From the NCBI GenBank assembly GCA_016871805.1, contig VHCG01000016.1, positions 776 through 64,775 of the forward strand: 64,000 bases of DNA, read 5' to 3'. The translations under genes and the position numbers were made by a program. This DNA is from Verrucomicrobiota bacterium (lineage in GTDB: Bacteria; Verrucomicrobiota; Verrucomicrobiia; Limisphaerales; UBA9464). Within the stretch, counting starts at the first letter, position 1. Every line of letters starts with the position of its first letter. This document shows positions 52,220 through 62,117 of the stretch, one piece after another. The notes under the pieces were generated by a model. It ran no database searches. It had not been told where the DNA came from and worked only from the letters and a program-made list of their open reading frames with translations.

Positions 52220-53233
52220 ATGACACCGGAACGATTCGACGCCATTGCCTCCCGGTATCCCGGACTTCGAATGGCAGTGATCGGGGACTTCTGCCTCGAC
52301 CGCTACTTCGACATCGATCCCGCCCTGCGCGAGGTCTCCATCGAGACCGGTCTTCCGGTCCACAACGTCAACCGGGTCCGCTGCCAGCCCGGAGCCGCCG
52401 GGACAATCCTCAACAACCTCGTTGCGCTCGGCGTCGGGACGCTCTTCCCAGTTGGGTTCTGCGGTGACGACGGGGAGGGATGGTCGCTTCGACACTCCTT
52501 GTCCAGGCTGCCGGGAGTCCGGATCGATGCGTTCGTCACGGCCCCGGACCGGAACACCTTCACCTACAGCAAACCCCTGGTACACCACGCAAACCGGCCG
52601 CCGGAGGAGCTGAGCCGTCTCGACCAGAAGAACTGGACGGCCACCCCACCCTCCCTCGGCCATCAGCTTGCCGATTCCGTGCTGCGGCTCACTGGCGAGG
52701 TCGACGGTTCGATTGTCATGGATCAGGTGGATCTCGAAGGTACGGGCACGGTCACCCGAGAGGTGGTCGGTGCCCTCGCTGAACGGTCGCGTTCGAGTCC
52801 CGATGCCCTGATTCTCGCCGACAGCCGTCGGGGTCTGGGTGGCTGGCCCTCCCTGCTGTTCAAGATGAACGCCGCGGAACTGGCGGCACTGACGGGACGA
52901 TCTGTGGATTCACTGGAGGATATACGGAATGCCTGCATCGCGCTCGCCCGCTCCAGTGGACGATCCGCATTCATCACCCTTTCCGAGCGGGGCATCCTGG
53001 GGGCAACAGCGGCGGGGGAGTCTGCCCACGTCCCGAACCATCCCCTCCGTGGCCCCATCGACATTGTGGGTGCCGGCGATGCCGTGAGTGCCAATCTGAC
53101 CGCAGCCCTCGCGGCCGGAGCCTCATTGGTCGAGGCCATGGAGATTGCCATGGCAGCAGCCCATCTCGTCATCCACCAGCTGGGCACCACGGGAACCGCC
53201 AGCGTCCCGGAGATTCGAAAACTCCTCCTGTGA
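52220..53233 (+). CDS. PfkB carbohydrate kinase, HldE/RfaE domain-I-like
   Basis: VIGDFCLDRY, PGAAG...NNL.ALG, RLD, KMN..E, ITLSERG, DIVGAGD. Confidence 0.9.
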   Translation: MTPERFDAIASRYPGLRMAVIGDFCLDRYFDIDPALREVSIETGLPVHNVNRVRCQPGAAGTILNNLVALGVGTLFPVGFCGDDGEGWSLRHSLSRLPGVRIDAFVTAPDRNTFTYSKPLVHHANRPPEELSRLDQKNWTATPPSLGHQLADSVLRLTGEVDGSIVMDQVDLEGTGTVTREVVGALAERSRSSPDALILADSRRGLGGWPSLLFKMNAAELAALTGRSVDSLEDIRNACIALARSSGRSAFITLSERGILGATAAGESAHVPNHPLRGPIDIVGAGDAVSANLTAALAAGASLVEAMEIAMAAAHLVIHQLGTTGTASVPEIRKLLL

Positions 53234-54291
53234 ATAACGAGACGCGTCCGAAAACCCTTCGGATTCTGTTCCTGTGGGCTGGGCTAGTGTTGGCCGGCTG
53301 CGCCACACCGTCCTCCGCAAAACATGACCGCCTTTTACGGTACGAGTTTGAACGTCCTCAGATGGGACTACCGTTCCGGCTGGTCCTGTATGCCACCAAC
53401 CCAGCCTTGGCAACGAACGCGGCGGAGGCGGCCTGGTCACGGATCGCAGAACTGAACGCGATCCTGAGCGACTATGAGCCGGAATCCGAACTCAGCCGTC
53501 TGTCCCGGACCAGCGGATCAGGAGGGTGGGTTCCACTGGGGCATGACCTCTCTCGTGTTCTGATCGCTGCCAACACATTATCCAGAGACAGCAACGGGGC
53601 CTTCGATGTGACCGTGGGGCCCGAGGTTGCTCTCTGGAAGCGGACACGGCGTCAGCGAGAACTACCCTCAAAGGCCGCGATCGATGAGGCGCGCCGGCTG
53701 AGCGGTTGGACCCTGGTGGAACTCAGGCAACGCGATGGCCGTCACGAGGCCCTGTTGACACGATCCGGCATGCGACTCGATCTCGGCGCCATCGCCAAAG
53801 GCTATGCACTCGACGAAGCAGCACTCGTGCTACGGCAACAGGGAATCCAAAGATTTTTGCTTTCGGGCGGGGGCGACATGGTCATGGGTGATCCTCCACC
53901 CGGACAGATCGGATGGAGGATCGAGGCAGGGGTATTCGACACCCCGGAAGCTCCAAACCGCCGGTTTCTCCATCTCGCCAACACGGCCCTTGCCACGTCG
54001 GGTGACAGTTTCCAGCGCGTGGAGATCGGTGGCATCCGCTACTCCCACATCGTCGACCCCCGGACAGGGATCGGCATGACGGATCACAGCCTGGTCACCG
54101 TGATCAGCCCCTCGGCGATGCTTGCAGATGCCCTGTCGACCGCGGTCAGTGTGCTTGGGCCTACGGAAGGCCCTGACTTTGCAGCACGCCATGGCGCTAA
54201 GGTCTGGATACTCCGCAAACCCGTTTCCACAGTGGAGGAGACCTATTCGGTGGGTTTTCCGCGAGGAGCTTCCCCTGCCCCCTCCCGGTAG
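53230..54291 (+). CDS. apbE: FAD:protein FMN transferase lipoprotein
   Basis: Lipobox LAGC; GAFDVTVGP, LDLGAIAKGYA.D, GGD, LATSGD, HIVDPRTG, ADALSTA. Confidence 0.93.
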   Translation: MNNETRPKTLRILFLWAGLVLAGCATPSSAKHDRLLRYEFERPQMGLPFRLVLYATNPALATNAAEAAWSRIAELNAILSDYEPESELSRLSRTSGSGGWVPLGHDLSRVLIAANTLSRDSNGAFDVTVGPEVALWKRTRRQRELPSKAAIDEARRLSGWTLVELRQRDGRHEALLTRSGMRLDLGAIAKGYALDEAALVLRQQGIQRFLLSGGGDMVMGDPPPGQIGWRIEAGVFDTPEAPNRRFLHLANTALATSGDSFQRVEIGGIRYSHIVDPRTGIGMTDHSLVTVISPSAMLADALSTAVSVLGPTEGPDFAARHGAKVWILRKPVSTVEETYSVGFPRGASPAPSR

Positions 54292-54330
54292 CCTTGGGAC
54301 TCGGCAGGAACTTTCCCAAGATTCGACGGT

Positions 54331-54960
54331 CTATCGGGGTAGTTTTCCGTCCCGGACTAGGTCCACCGCGCGCCAGAGGTACCAGCTGGCCGTAGTTCGG
54401 TATGGACGCCAGCGCTCGCCGAATTCCAACAATTCCCAGCTCCGTGGCATCTCCGGAAGTTCGTGGATGAGCTGGAAGCCATTCCGCACCCCAAAGTCGT
54501 CCGCCGGGAGGACATCGGGGCGGGCCAGTGTGAACATCAGAAACATCTCGACGGTCCAGCGACCCACGCCACGGCACTGGACGAGCCGGTCGATGATGGC
54601 CTCATCGTCAAGGCGGGCGAGGACCCGGCGTTCCGGTACGACTCCCTCCCGGGCCTTGGATGCGATGTCCAGGATCGCACGCACCTTGGACCCCGAGAAG
54701 CCAGCTGAACGGATCCGATCCTCGGCCATCTGTTCCACCTCGGCTGGCGTTGGAAAGCGGCGGCCGGGAAAGAGTTCCAGGAAACGCCGCGTGATGGCGT
54801 CGGCCGCCTTGCCGTTGAGTTGCTGGTGAGCTACAGCACGGACAAGAGCCTCGAACGGAGACCTTCGCTGGGGGCGGATCGTGCAGGGGCCCACCGCACG
54901 GATGATCCGGGCCAGGGTCGGATCCACCACAATGAGGTGTCGGAGGGCTTCTGGAGTCAT
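54331..54960 (-). CDS. alkA: DNA-3-methyladenine glycosylase II (HhH-GPD)
   Basis: PFEALVRAVAHQQL, GVGRWTVEMFL, LPADD.GV, WRPYRT.ASWYLW. Start ATG 54960. Confidence 0.9.
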   Translation of the reverse strand: MTPEALRHLIVVDPTLARIIRAVGPCTIRPQRRSPFEALVRAVAHQQLNGKAADAITRRFLELFPGRRFPTPAEVEQMAEDRIRSAGFSGSKVRAILDIASKAREGVVPERRVLARLDDEAIIDRLVQCRGVGRWTVEMFLMFTLARPDVLPADDFGVRNGFQLIHELPEMPRSWELLEFGERWRPYRTTASWYLWRAVDLVRDGKLPR

Positions 54961-55209
54961 GAGGACCGATCGAAGAGTTCGGGAGACGGCAGGCAGATGC
55001 AATCGGTTCCGGGGACAGATCGGAGCCAGGGTGTTATCAGGGGCTCAGGCTTTTCCAGAAGTCCAATCCCACCCAGGCCCAAGCGCCACGACGGGACGAG
55101 CCTCCGGGGCGAGCCTCCAGTTTCCAATTCGAGGACGGTGTGCTTTCCTCCCGAGTCCGGATCCATTGGAAACGACCTGATTGTTACAGATCCTCCCCAA
55201 TCGCGACGA

Positions 55210-56826
55210 ATGCCGCTGAACCATGAGCTGTTCGACTTGGTGATTGTGGGCTCCGCCTTCGGCGGCTCCCTGCTGGCTTCGATCGCTCGCCAGCTTGGAC
55301 GGAGCGTGGTGCTGATAGAACGAGGCTGTCATCCGCGCTTTGCGATCGGGGAGTCGTCAACGCCGCTGACCAATCTATTTCTCGAACAGCTTGCCGATCG
55401 GTACAATCTGCCCCGCATCCGTGCGTTCTCAAAGTGGGGCACGTGGCAGAAAAATCATCCGAGGGTCGCGGCCGGTCTCAAGCGGGGATTCAGCTTCTAC
55501 CACCACGAGTTTTACAAGCCGTGGTGCCCGCAAGAGGACCGCAGCAACGAACTCCTGGTCGCAGCGAGTCCAAACGACGACGTTGCCGACACCCACTGGT
55601 ATCGCCCTGATTTCGATGCGTTTTTTGTCGAGGAAGCGGTCTCACACGGAGCGGTCTACATTGACCAGACGAAACTGACTTCGTTTTCAGAACGACCCGA
55701 TGAGGTTTACCTGCAGGGTGTCCGTCAGGGTGATCCAGTGGAGTTTAGAGGTCGCTTTCTCGTGGATGCCAGTGGGGCACGAGGATTCCTCTGGAAACAA
55801 CTCAACCTCGGCGAGGAGCCTCTTGTGGCCTTCCCCGATCGAGAGGCTCTCTTCACTCACTTCTCCGGAGTCGGGCGCTGGGAATCCTGTATCGGCCCGA
55901 CCGCCTCAGCGTCGGGAAATCTGCCTCAAACAGATCCGACGGCCAAATCAGTGCCTCCTTTCCCTCCTGATGACGCCGCGCTGCATCATGTGTTTCCGGG
56001 AGGATGGATGTGGCTGCTCCGCTTCAACAATGGGATCACCAGCGCTGGCGTCTCGATCGATCCGAAGATTGCGAGGGATCTTCATCTGGAGGCAGGAGCA
56101 GCCGGTTGGCGCCGGATGTTGGAACGGCTGCCGTCAGTCGCCGTCCAATTTGCCGAAGCCCACGCCGTCCACCCCTTCGTCCACCTGCCCTCGGTGGCCT
56201 TCTGCTGCACGCAATCTGTTGGCCGCCGGTGGGCATTGCTGCCCTCGGCCATGGGGTTCCTCGATCCGTTGCTGTCGACGGGTTTTCCGCTGACCCTGCT
56301 GGGGATTCGTCATCTGGCCGAACTGCTGGGGCAAGGCACGGTTCCAAGTCAAAAGGCACTGGTAACCTACGCATCCGAGAACCGCGCCAATCTCGAGGTC
56401 GCCGCGGAGTTAGTCGGCACTCTGCACCACAATCTCGGGCGGCCTGCCATCTTCCAAGCCCTGTCCATGTTGTACTTCGCAGCCGCCTCTTTTTCCGAGA
56501 CGGCGCTTCGCCTGGGAAAGGCGGATCTTGCCCCGGGATTCCTTCTGCGTGGCCGGAATGGCTTTCGCGAAAGCCTGCGCACTCTGTGCCTCAGAGCCCG
56601 AGCGGATTCGTTGTCATCAACAGATTTCGTTTCCGCCATGACAGAGGCCATCGGTCCCATCAACGTGGCGGGACTAAACGATTCCTCGAGGCGGAACTGG
56701 TATCCGGTCGATTTGACCGATCTTCAAAACAGCCGCGGAAAACTAACCGCCTCAGGGCCCGACATCGATGCGATGCTGCATCGATGCGGGATGGCAATGC
56801 CCGTTTCGATTTCAGGAGTTGGGTGA
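55210..56826 (+). CDS. flavin-dependent halogenase (PrnC-like)
   Basis: VIVGSAFGGS, HPRFAIGES, GLKRGF (catalytic Lys position), GWMWLL, GFLDPLLSTG. Start ATG 55210. Confidence 0.8.
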   Translation: MPLNHELFDLVIVGSAFGGSLLASIARQLGRSVVLIERGCHPRFAIGESSTPLTNLFLEQLADRYNLPRIRAFSKWGTWQKNHPRVAAGLKRGFSFYHHEFYKPWCPQEDRSNELLVAASPNDDVADTHWYRPDFDAFFVEEAVSHGAVYIDQTKLTSFSERPDEVYLQGVRQGDPVEFRGRFLVDASGARGFLWKQLNLGEEPLVAFPDREALFTHFSGVGRWESCIGPTASASGNLPQTDPTAKSVPPFPPDDAALHHVFPGGWMWLLRFNNGITSAGVSIDPKIARDLHLEAGAAGWRRMLERLPSVAVQFAEAHAVHPFVHLPSVAFCCTQSVGRRWALLPSAMGFLDPLLSTGFPLTLLGIRHLAELLGQGTVPSQKALVTYASENRANLEVAAELVGTLHHNLGRPAIFQALSMLYFAAASFSETALRLGKADLAPGFLLRGRNGFRESLRTLCLRARADSLSSTDFVSAMTEAIGPINVAGLNDSSRRNWYPVDLTDLQNSRGKLTASGPDIDAMLHRCGMAMPVSISGVG

Positions 56827-57039
56827 TTCGCCACTACGGCGCAAAACGGCATTCCAGAACTCCAAACCAACCGGAATCACCTCGGATCTGCAGGAATCTT
56901 GTGAGTTTCTGCAAGCAAGGTCCCGGAGATCGAGGTTGTGGCGACACCGGAGAACTGCCGCTTCGAACTGAATCGAACTCGGGGCCTCATCCAAGACTCG
57001 ATCTTCCGAGAAGTCCTCGGTGCGTTCCTCTGGAGGTGG

Positions 57040-57432
57040 TCAATCCACGGCAAGCGCCGTGTCGATCAGACTCGGCAACTGATCGAGGATCGATGAATCG
57101 GCAGCCACCACTTGGGCACCCGCAGCAATGGCGCTTTCGCGAAGTCGACCGTTAGCAAGCGGACCATAGGCGAGTACGGCGATATGGGTCAGCCTGGCCT
57201 CCGCTCTCAGGTCTTGGATCAACCGGCAGACATCACCTCCACGGAGGTCCAGCTGAATCACAAGCAACATGGGCCTGTAGGAGTGCATCCACTCGAGGAG
57301 TCCATCGACCCCGCTCCGGGAATGCACCCGCCAGCCGCGATCCACCAGGCGATTGGCCAGAGCAGAGCCAGGCATCAATCGATCGTGGACGACGAGAGCC
57401 GTAGGCTGGGTCTTGGAAAAGGGGTTATCCAT
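57040..57432 (-). CDS. atypical (pseudo)receiver-domain protein
   Basis: CheY-like pattern (ALVVHD, PMLLVIQL, IAVLAYG, AIAAGAQ); the phospho-acceptor Asp and conserved Lys appear absent. Confidence 0.7.
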   Translation of the reverse strand: MDNPFSKTQPTALVVHDRLMPGSALANRLVDRGWRVHSRSGVDGLLEWMHSYRPMLLVIQLDLRGGDVCRLIQDLRAEARLTHIAVLAYGPLANGRLRESAIAAGAQVVAADSSILDQLPSLIDTALAVD

Positions 57433-57433
57433 G

Positions 57434-57472
57434 AAAAACCCCGGCGGACCGAAAAACGGTCCCGACCGGGGT
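57434..57472 (-). terminator. Rho-independent terminator after rplK
   Basis: Minus strand ACCCCGGTCGGGACCG-TTTTT-CGGTCCGCCGGGGT followed by TTTT. Confidence 0.75.
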
Positions 57473-57496
57473 AGATCTTTGGAAAAAGGCTCTGAA

Positions 57497-57922
57497 TCAG
57501 CCGACGACGTCGATACCCATGTTGCGTGCCGTTCCTGCGATCATGCTGACCGCAGCCGCCTCACTGTTGGCATTAAGGTCGGATCCCTTGAGCTTGACGA
57601 TCTCGAGGATCTGTTTCCGGGTCACCTTACCAACCTTGTCCTTGTTTGGGGTCTTCGATCCGGAAGCAACCCCTGCCGCCTTCTTGAGAAGAACGGAGGC
57701 CGGTGGGCTTTTAAGGATGAAGGTGAACGACTTGTCTTGATACACCGTGATGACCACGGGGATCACGAGGCCGGCTTTGTCCTTGGTCGCTGCGTTGAAC
57801 TCCTTGCAGAAAGCCATGATGTTGATGCCTTGGGAGCCGAGAGCCGGGCCGACCGGCGGCGCGGGGTTGGCCTGACCGGCCTGGATCTGCAAGCGGACTG
57901 TTCCTGTGACTTTCTTGGCCAT
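57497..57922 (-). CDS. rplK: 50S ribosomal protein L11
   Basis: [35 protein letters not shown]. Confidence 0.98.
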   Translation of the reverse strand: MAKKVTGTVRLQIQAGQANPAPPVGPALGSQGINIMAFCKEFNAATKDKAGLVIPVVITVYQDKSFTFILKSPPASVLLKKAAGVASGSKTPNKDKVGKVTRKQILEIVKLKGSDLNANSEAAAVSMIAGTARNMGIDVVG

Positions 57923-57982
57923 GGTATGGAATTCCTGGGGGAAGCGGTTTCGGTTCGAACGGATCTTGAAAATGAAAACTGG

Positions 57983-58531
57983 TTAGGACTTCTCGACTTG
58001 CCAGTACTCAAGCTCAACGGGTGTCTTACGCCCGAAGATGTCGACGGTGACCTTGAGCTTACCCTTGTCGGGTTCAATCTCTTCAATAACGCCACTGAAG
58101 TTGAGGAAAGGTCCATCATTGATCTTGACCGTCTCTCCGAGGTCGAAGTTGACCTTGGGTTTCTCGATGTCTTCAGAGTCGATGACAGCCGCCTTGATGA
58201 TGTTGATTTCATCAAGGTCCACCTCAGCGGGGCGTTCTCCCCCGATGAATCCGATGACCCCATCGATGCCCTTGATGAAGTACCAAGGCTTCTCGAGAAG
58301 ACGACGATTGTCATCAAGAAGTGCCATATCCACGTAGAGGTAGCCTGGATGGAGCTTGCGATTGGTGACGGTTTTCTTGCCTCCACGGACCTCGACAACC
58401 TTCTCCATCGGGAGGAGGACCTCTCGGATATACGGCTCCATCTCGTCGATCTTGAGTCGACGATTGATGCTGTCTCTAACCTTTTGCTCCTTGCCCGCGA
58501 GGACGTGGAGAGCGAACCACTGGAATTTCAT
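57983..58531 (-). CDS. nusG: transcription termination/antitermination factor NusG
   Basis: W..L....G.E.KV, PGY, GFIG, KOW GETVKINDGPF, IFGRKTPVEL. Confidence 0.97.
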   Translation of the reverse strand: MKFQWFALHVLAGKEQKVRDSINRRLKIDEMEPYIREVLLPMEKVVEVRGGKKTVTNRKLHPGYLYVDMALLDDNRRLLEKPWYFIKGIDGVIGFIGGERPAEVDLDEINIIKAAVIDSEDIEKPKVNFDLGETVKINDGPFLNFSGVIEEIEPDKGKLKVTVDIFGRKTPVELEYWQVEKS

Positions 58532-58536
58532 GGCAT

Positions 58537-58806
58537 CTATGAACTACCGATCATGAAGCGGATGCCCCCGAGCAGGATCCAATCCACTACCATGAGAAAG
58601 ACCCCGAAGATCGCAACGGTCACCAGAACCATCACCGTGGTCTCACGCAGTTCCTCACGGCTCGGCCAGGCACACTTTTTCAACTCCTCCTGGGTATCGC
58701 TGACGTAGGCGGCGAAGCGGGCGATATAGCCAAACTTCCAGAGCAGTCCAAAGGCGACGCCGATGACGGCGGCCCAGACTCCCAATTGGGTGTAGAAACT
58801 AGTCAC
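58537..58806 (-). CDS. secE: preprotein translocase subunit SecE
   Basis: ELKKCAWPSREEL..T..V followed by a TM; lies directly before nusG. Confidence 0.92.
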   Translation of the reverse strand: MTSFYTQLGVWAAVIGVAFGLLWKFGYIARFAAYVSDTQEELKKCAWPSREELRETTVMVLVTVAIFGVFLMVVDWILLGGIRFMIGSS

Positions 58807-58816
58807 AAATGATTGT

Positions 58817-58906
58817 TGGCGGAGGGGGAGGGATTCGAACCCCCGGTGGGTGTGACCCCACAGCGGTTTTCAAGACCGCCGCAATAGACCACTCTGCCAC
58901 CCCTCC
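58817..58906 (-). tRNA. tRNA-Ser(TGA)
   Basis: GGAGGGGTGGCAGAGTGG...GGTC-TTGAAAA-CCGC, long variable arm, GGTTCGAATCC, encoded CCA. Confidence 0.95.
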
Positions 58907-58915
58907 GCGAGGTTT

Positions 58916-58991
58916 TGGCAGGGCGTGAGGGACTCGAACCCCCAACCAACGGTTTTGGAGACCGCTACTCTACCAATTGAGCTAACGCCCT
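58916..58991 (-). tRNA. tRNA-Trp(CCA)
   Basis: AGGGCGTTAGCTCAATTGGTAGAG..CTCCAAA..GGTTCGAGTCC..ACGCCCTGCCA, 76 nt. Confidence 0.96.
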
Positions 58992-59022
58992 GTCTGTAAC
59001 GAATCCTCCGACAAAAACAGGC

Positions 59023-59051
59023 AGGGAGGCCCGGACATGCCGGACCTCCCC
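59023..59051 (-). terminator. hairpin plus U-tract between tuf and tRNA-Trp
   Basis: GGGGAGGTCCGG-CATGT-CCGGGCCTCCCT followed by GCCTGTTTTTG. Confidence 0.55.
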
Positions 59052-59058
59052 ACATGGA

Positions 59059-60246
<1,188 letters not shown>

Positions 60247-60298
60247 GTGACTGACGAACGGTTTCTGGTTTTCGTTACTCTCAACTTGAGTTGCTAGC

Positions 60299-60374
60299 TG
60301 GAGCCCGCGATCGGGTTTGAACCGATGACCTCGTCCTTACCAAGGACGTGCTCTGCCAACTGAGCTACGCGGGC
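60299..60374 (-). tRNA. tRNA-Thr(GGT)
   Basis: GCCCGCGTAGCTCAGTTGGCAGAGC..TTGGTAA..GGTTCAAACCC..CGCGGGCTCCA, 76 nt. Confidence 0.96.
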
Positions 60375-60479
60375 ATCGCCTTCGGCCATTCATCGCCTCA
60401 CAGCGATAAAAAATCAGTTCCCACGCTCATTGGAGCGAGGAAACCGATTCGGGCGCCTACAACTCAAAATTGAGAGGAA

Positions 60480-60509
60480 ATTATTAGGAGTGAGGGTGGT
60501 GCGTGTCAA
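60480..60509 (-). promoter_or_regulatory. putative sigma70 promoter of the tRNA-Thr-tuf operon
   Basis: Perfect TTGACA followed 17-18 nt later by TAATAAT. Confidence 0.65.
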
Positions 60510-60615
60510 CGGGTTTCTCGTGGAAATGCGGACACACACGGTCTTGGCTCCACACAAAATCTTGATCCGAGGACTTGACCTCCACTCCTTCCACATACCG
60601 AAGGTCAGTCCCAGA

Positions 60616-61992
60616 TCAGTTCGGGAGATACTCCCTCGGGTCTGCGATCCGGCCCGCGATGGCGCTGGCGGCAACAGTCGCGGGGCTGGCAAGGAACACC
60701 TGGGATTCCTTGTGCCCCATGCGACCCGGAAAATTGCGGTTGGTCGCGCTGATGCACTTCATCCCGGCCTGGTTCATCCGACCGAAGGTGTCCACCGGAC
60801 CGCCCAGACAGGCCGCGCAGCCTGCGTTCTCGGTGAGGCGCACCCCTGCATCCTCTAGGATCTGCCAGATGGTCTTCGCACCCCAACGCGTCGACTGCAG
60901 ATCACGAACGATATCAGGCGTCGCTGGAACACCGAAGGTGTCGATCGACACGCGGCGCCCCTGCAGGACACGCGCGAACTCGATGAAGTCGCTGGTCTTC
61001 CCGCCTGTGCAGGAACCGAGATAGGCGCGGTCCAATTTCACGCTCGCGAGATCTTTCGCCTTCTGCCGCTGTCCCGGGTCGGGGTGGCAGGCCACCGTGG
61101 GCTCCAACGCCCCGAGGTCGACGACCGTGTCATAGACGAACCGCTGATCCGAATCAGGCTCCACCGGTTCGTAGGCGGCATGGGTCCCGTTCAGCCGGGT
61201 TCGGCTTTCCACATACTCGGCGGTCCGCGCGTCAAACGGGAAGATCCCGTTCTTGCCTCCGGCCTCGATCGCCATGTTCGCGATGGTCATCCGATCATCC
61301 ATGGAGAGTGTTCCGATGCCGGACCCCTCGAACTGCATCGCCCGGTAGGTCGCTCCATCAAAACCAATCTCCCCGATGATGTGCAGGATGATGTCCTTCG
61401 CCATGACGCCCGGACGAAGCCGTCCCTCAAGGCGGAACCTCATCGTCTCTGGAACCTTGATCAGCAGCCTGCCGGTGCCCATCACGAAACCTGCATCGGT
61501 GTTTCCGATGCCTGTGGCGAACTGGTTGAACGCACCCGCCATGCAGGTGTGCGAATCGGTGCCGAAGAGCACCTCACCCGGACGCGTGTGCCCTTTGGCC
61601 GGAAGGGCGGCGTGGCAAACCCCCGCGTAGTTGGCTCCGTACTGCCGCTTTAGATTCCCCTTCCCCGCATCGAACACCCAATGACCTGACGGGTCGTCGA
61701 TGACGTCGTAGAAATAGGGAAGCTCCTGTTCGCGGGCGAAATCCCGGAGGATATCGACGTTGCGGTTCGACTTGGAATCGGCAGTGAAAATGTAGTGGTC
61801 GGGGATGATCACCACCCGGCGGCGATCCCAGACCTTGGCATCCTTGCCAAACTCACGCTTGAACACCCCGATGGTCCCTGGGCCGCAGACATCGTGGGTC
61901 ATCAGCACGTCGGCCTTCACCCAGATGTTGTCACCCGCCTCGACCTTCAACTTGCCCGCGGCGCGGGCCAGCAGTTTTTCTGTCAACGTCAT
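60616..61992 (-). CDS. leuC: 3-isopropylmalate dehydratase/homoaconitase large subunit
   Basis: MTLTEK.L, PDH, GVCH, GTDSHT, GSCTGG, CAACLG, TNRNFPGRMG, LASP. Start ATG 61992; no small subunit adjacent. Confidence 0.88.
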   Translation of the reverse strand: MTLTEKLLARAAGKLKVEAGDNIWVKADVLMTHDVCGPGTIGVFKREFGKDAKVWDRRRVVIIPDHYIFTADSKSNRNVDILRDFAREQELPYFYDVIDDPSGHWVFDAGKGNLKRQYGANYAGVCHAALPAKGHTRPGEVLFGTDSHTCMAGAFNQFATGIGNTDAGFVMGTGRLLIKVPETMRFRLEGRLRPGVMAKDIILHIIGEIGFDGATYRAMQFEGSGIGTLSMDDRMTIANMAIEAGGKNGIFPFDARTAEYVESRTRLNGTHAAYEPVEPDSDQRFVYDTVVDLGALEPTVACHPDPGQRQKAKDLASVKLDRAYLGSCTGGKTSDFIEFARVLQGRRVSIDTFGVPATPDIVRDLQSTRWGAKTIWQILEDAGVRLTENAGCAACLGGPVDTFGRMNQAGMKCISATNRNFPGRMGHKESQVFLASPATVAASAIAGRIADPREYLPN

Positions 61993-62117
61993 CCAGCGGA
62001 CGCTAATCGATCGCGGAAACCCGGTGCAAGTTCTCGGCGGACCACCAGAGTTCATCCACAGGGTCCGTCTCGATCCGGACCAAGGGGCTCATGAGGTCCG
62101 TCGAACCCGGTCACCCT

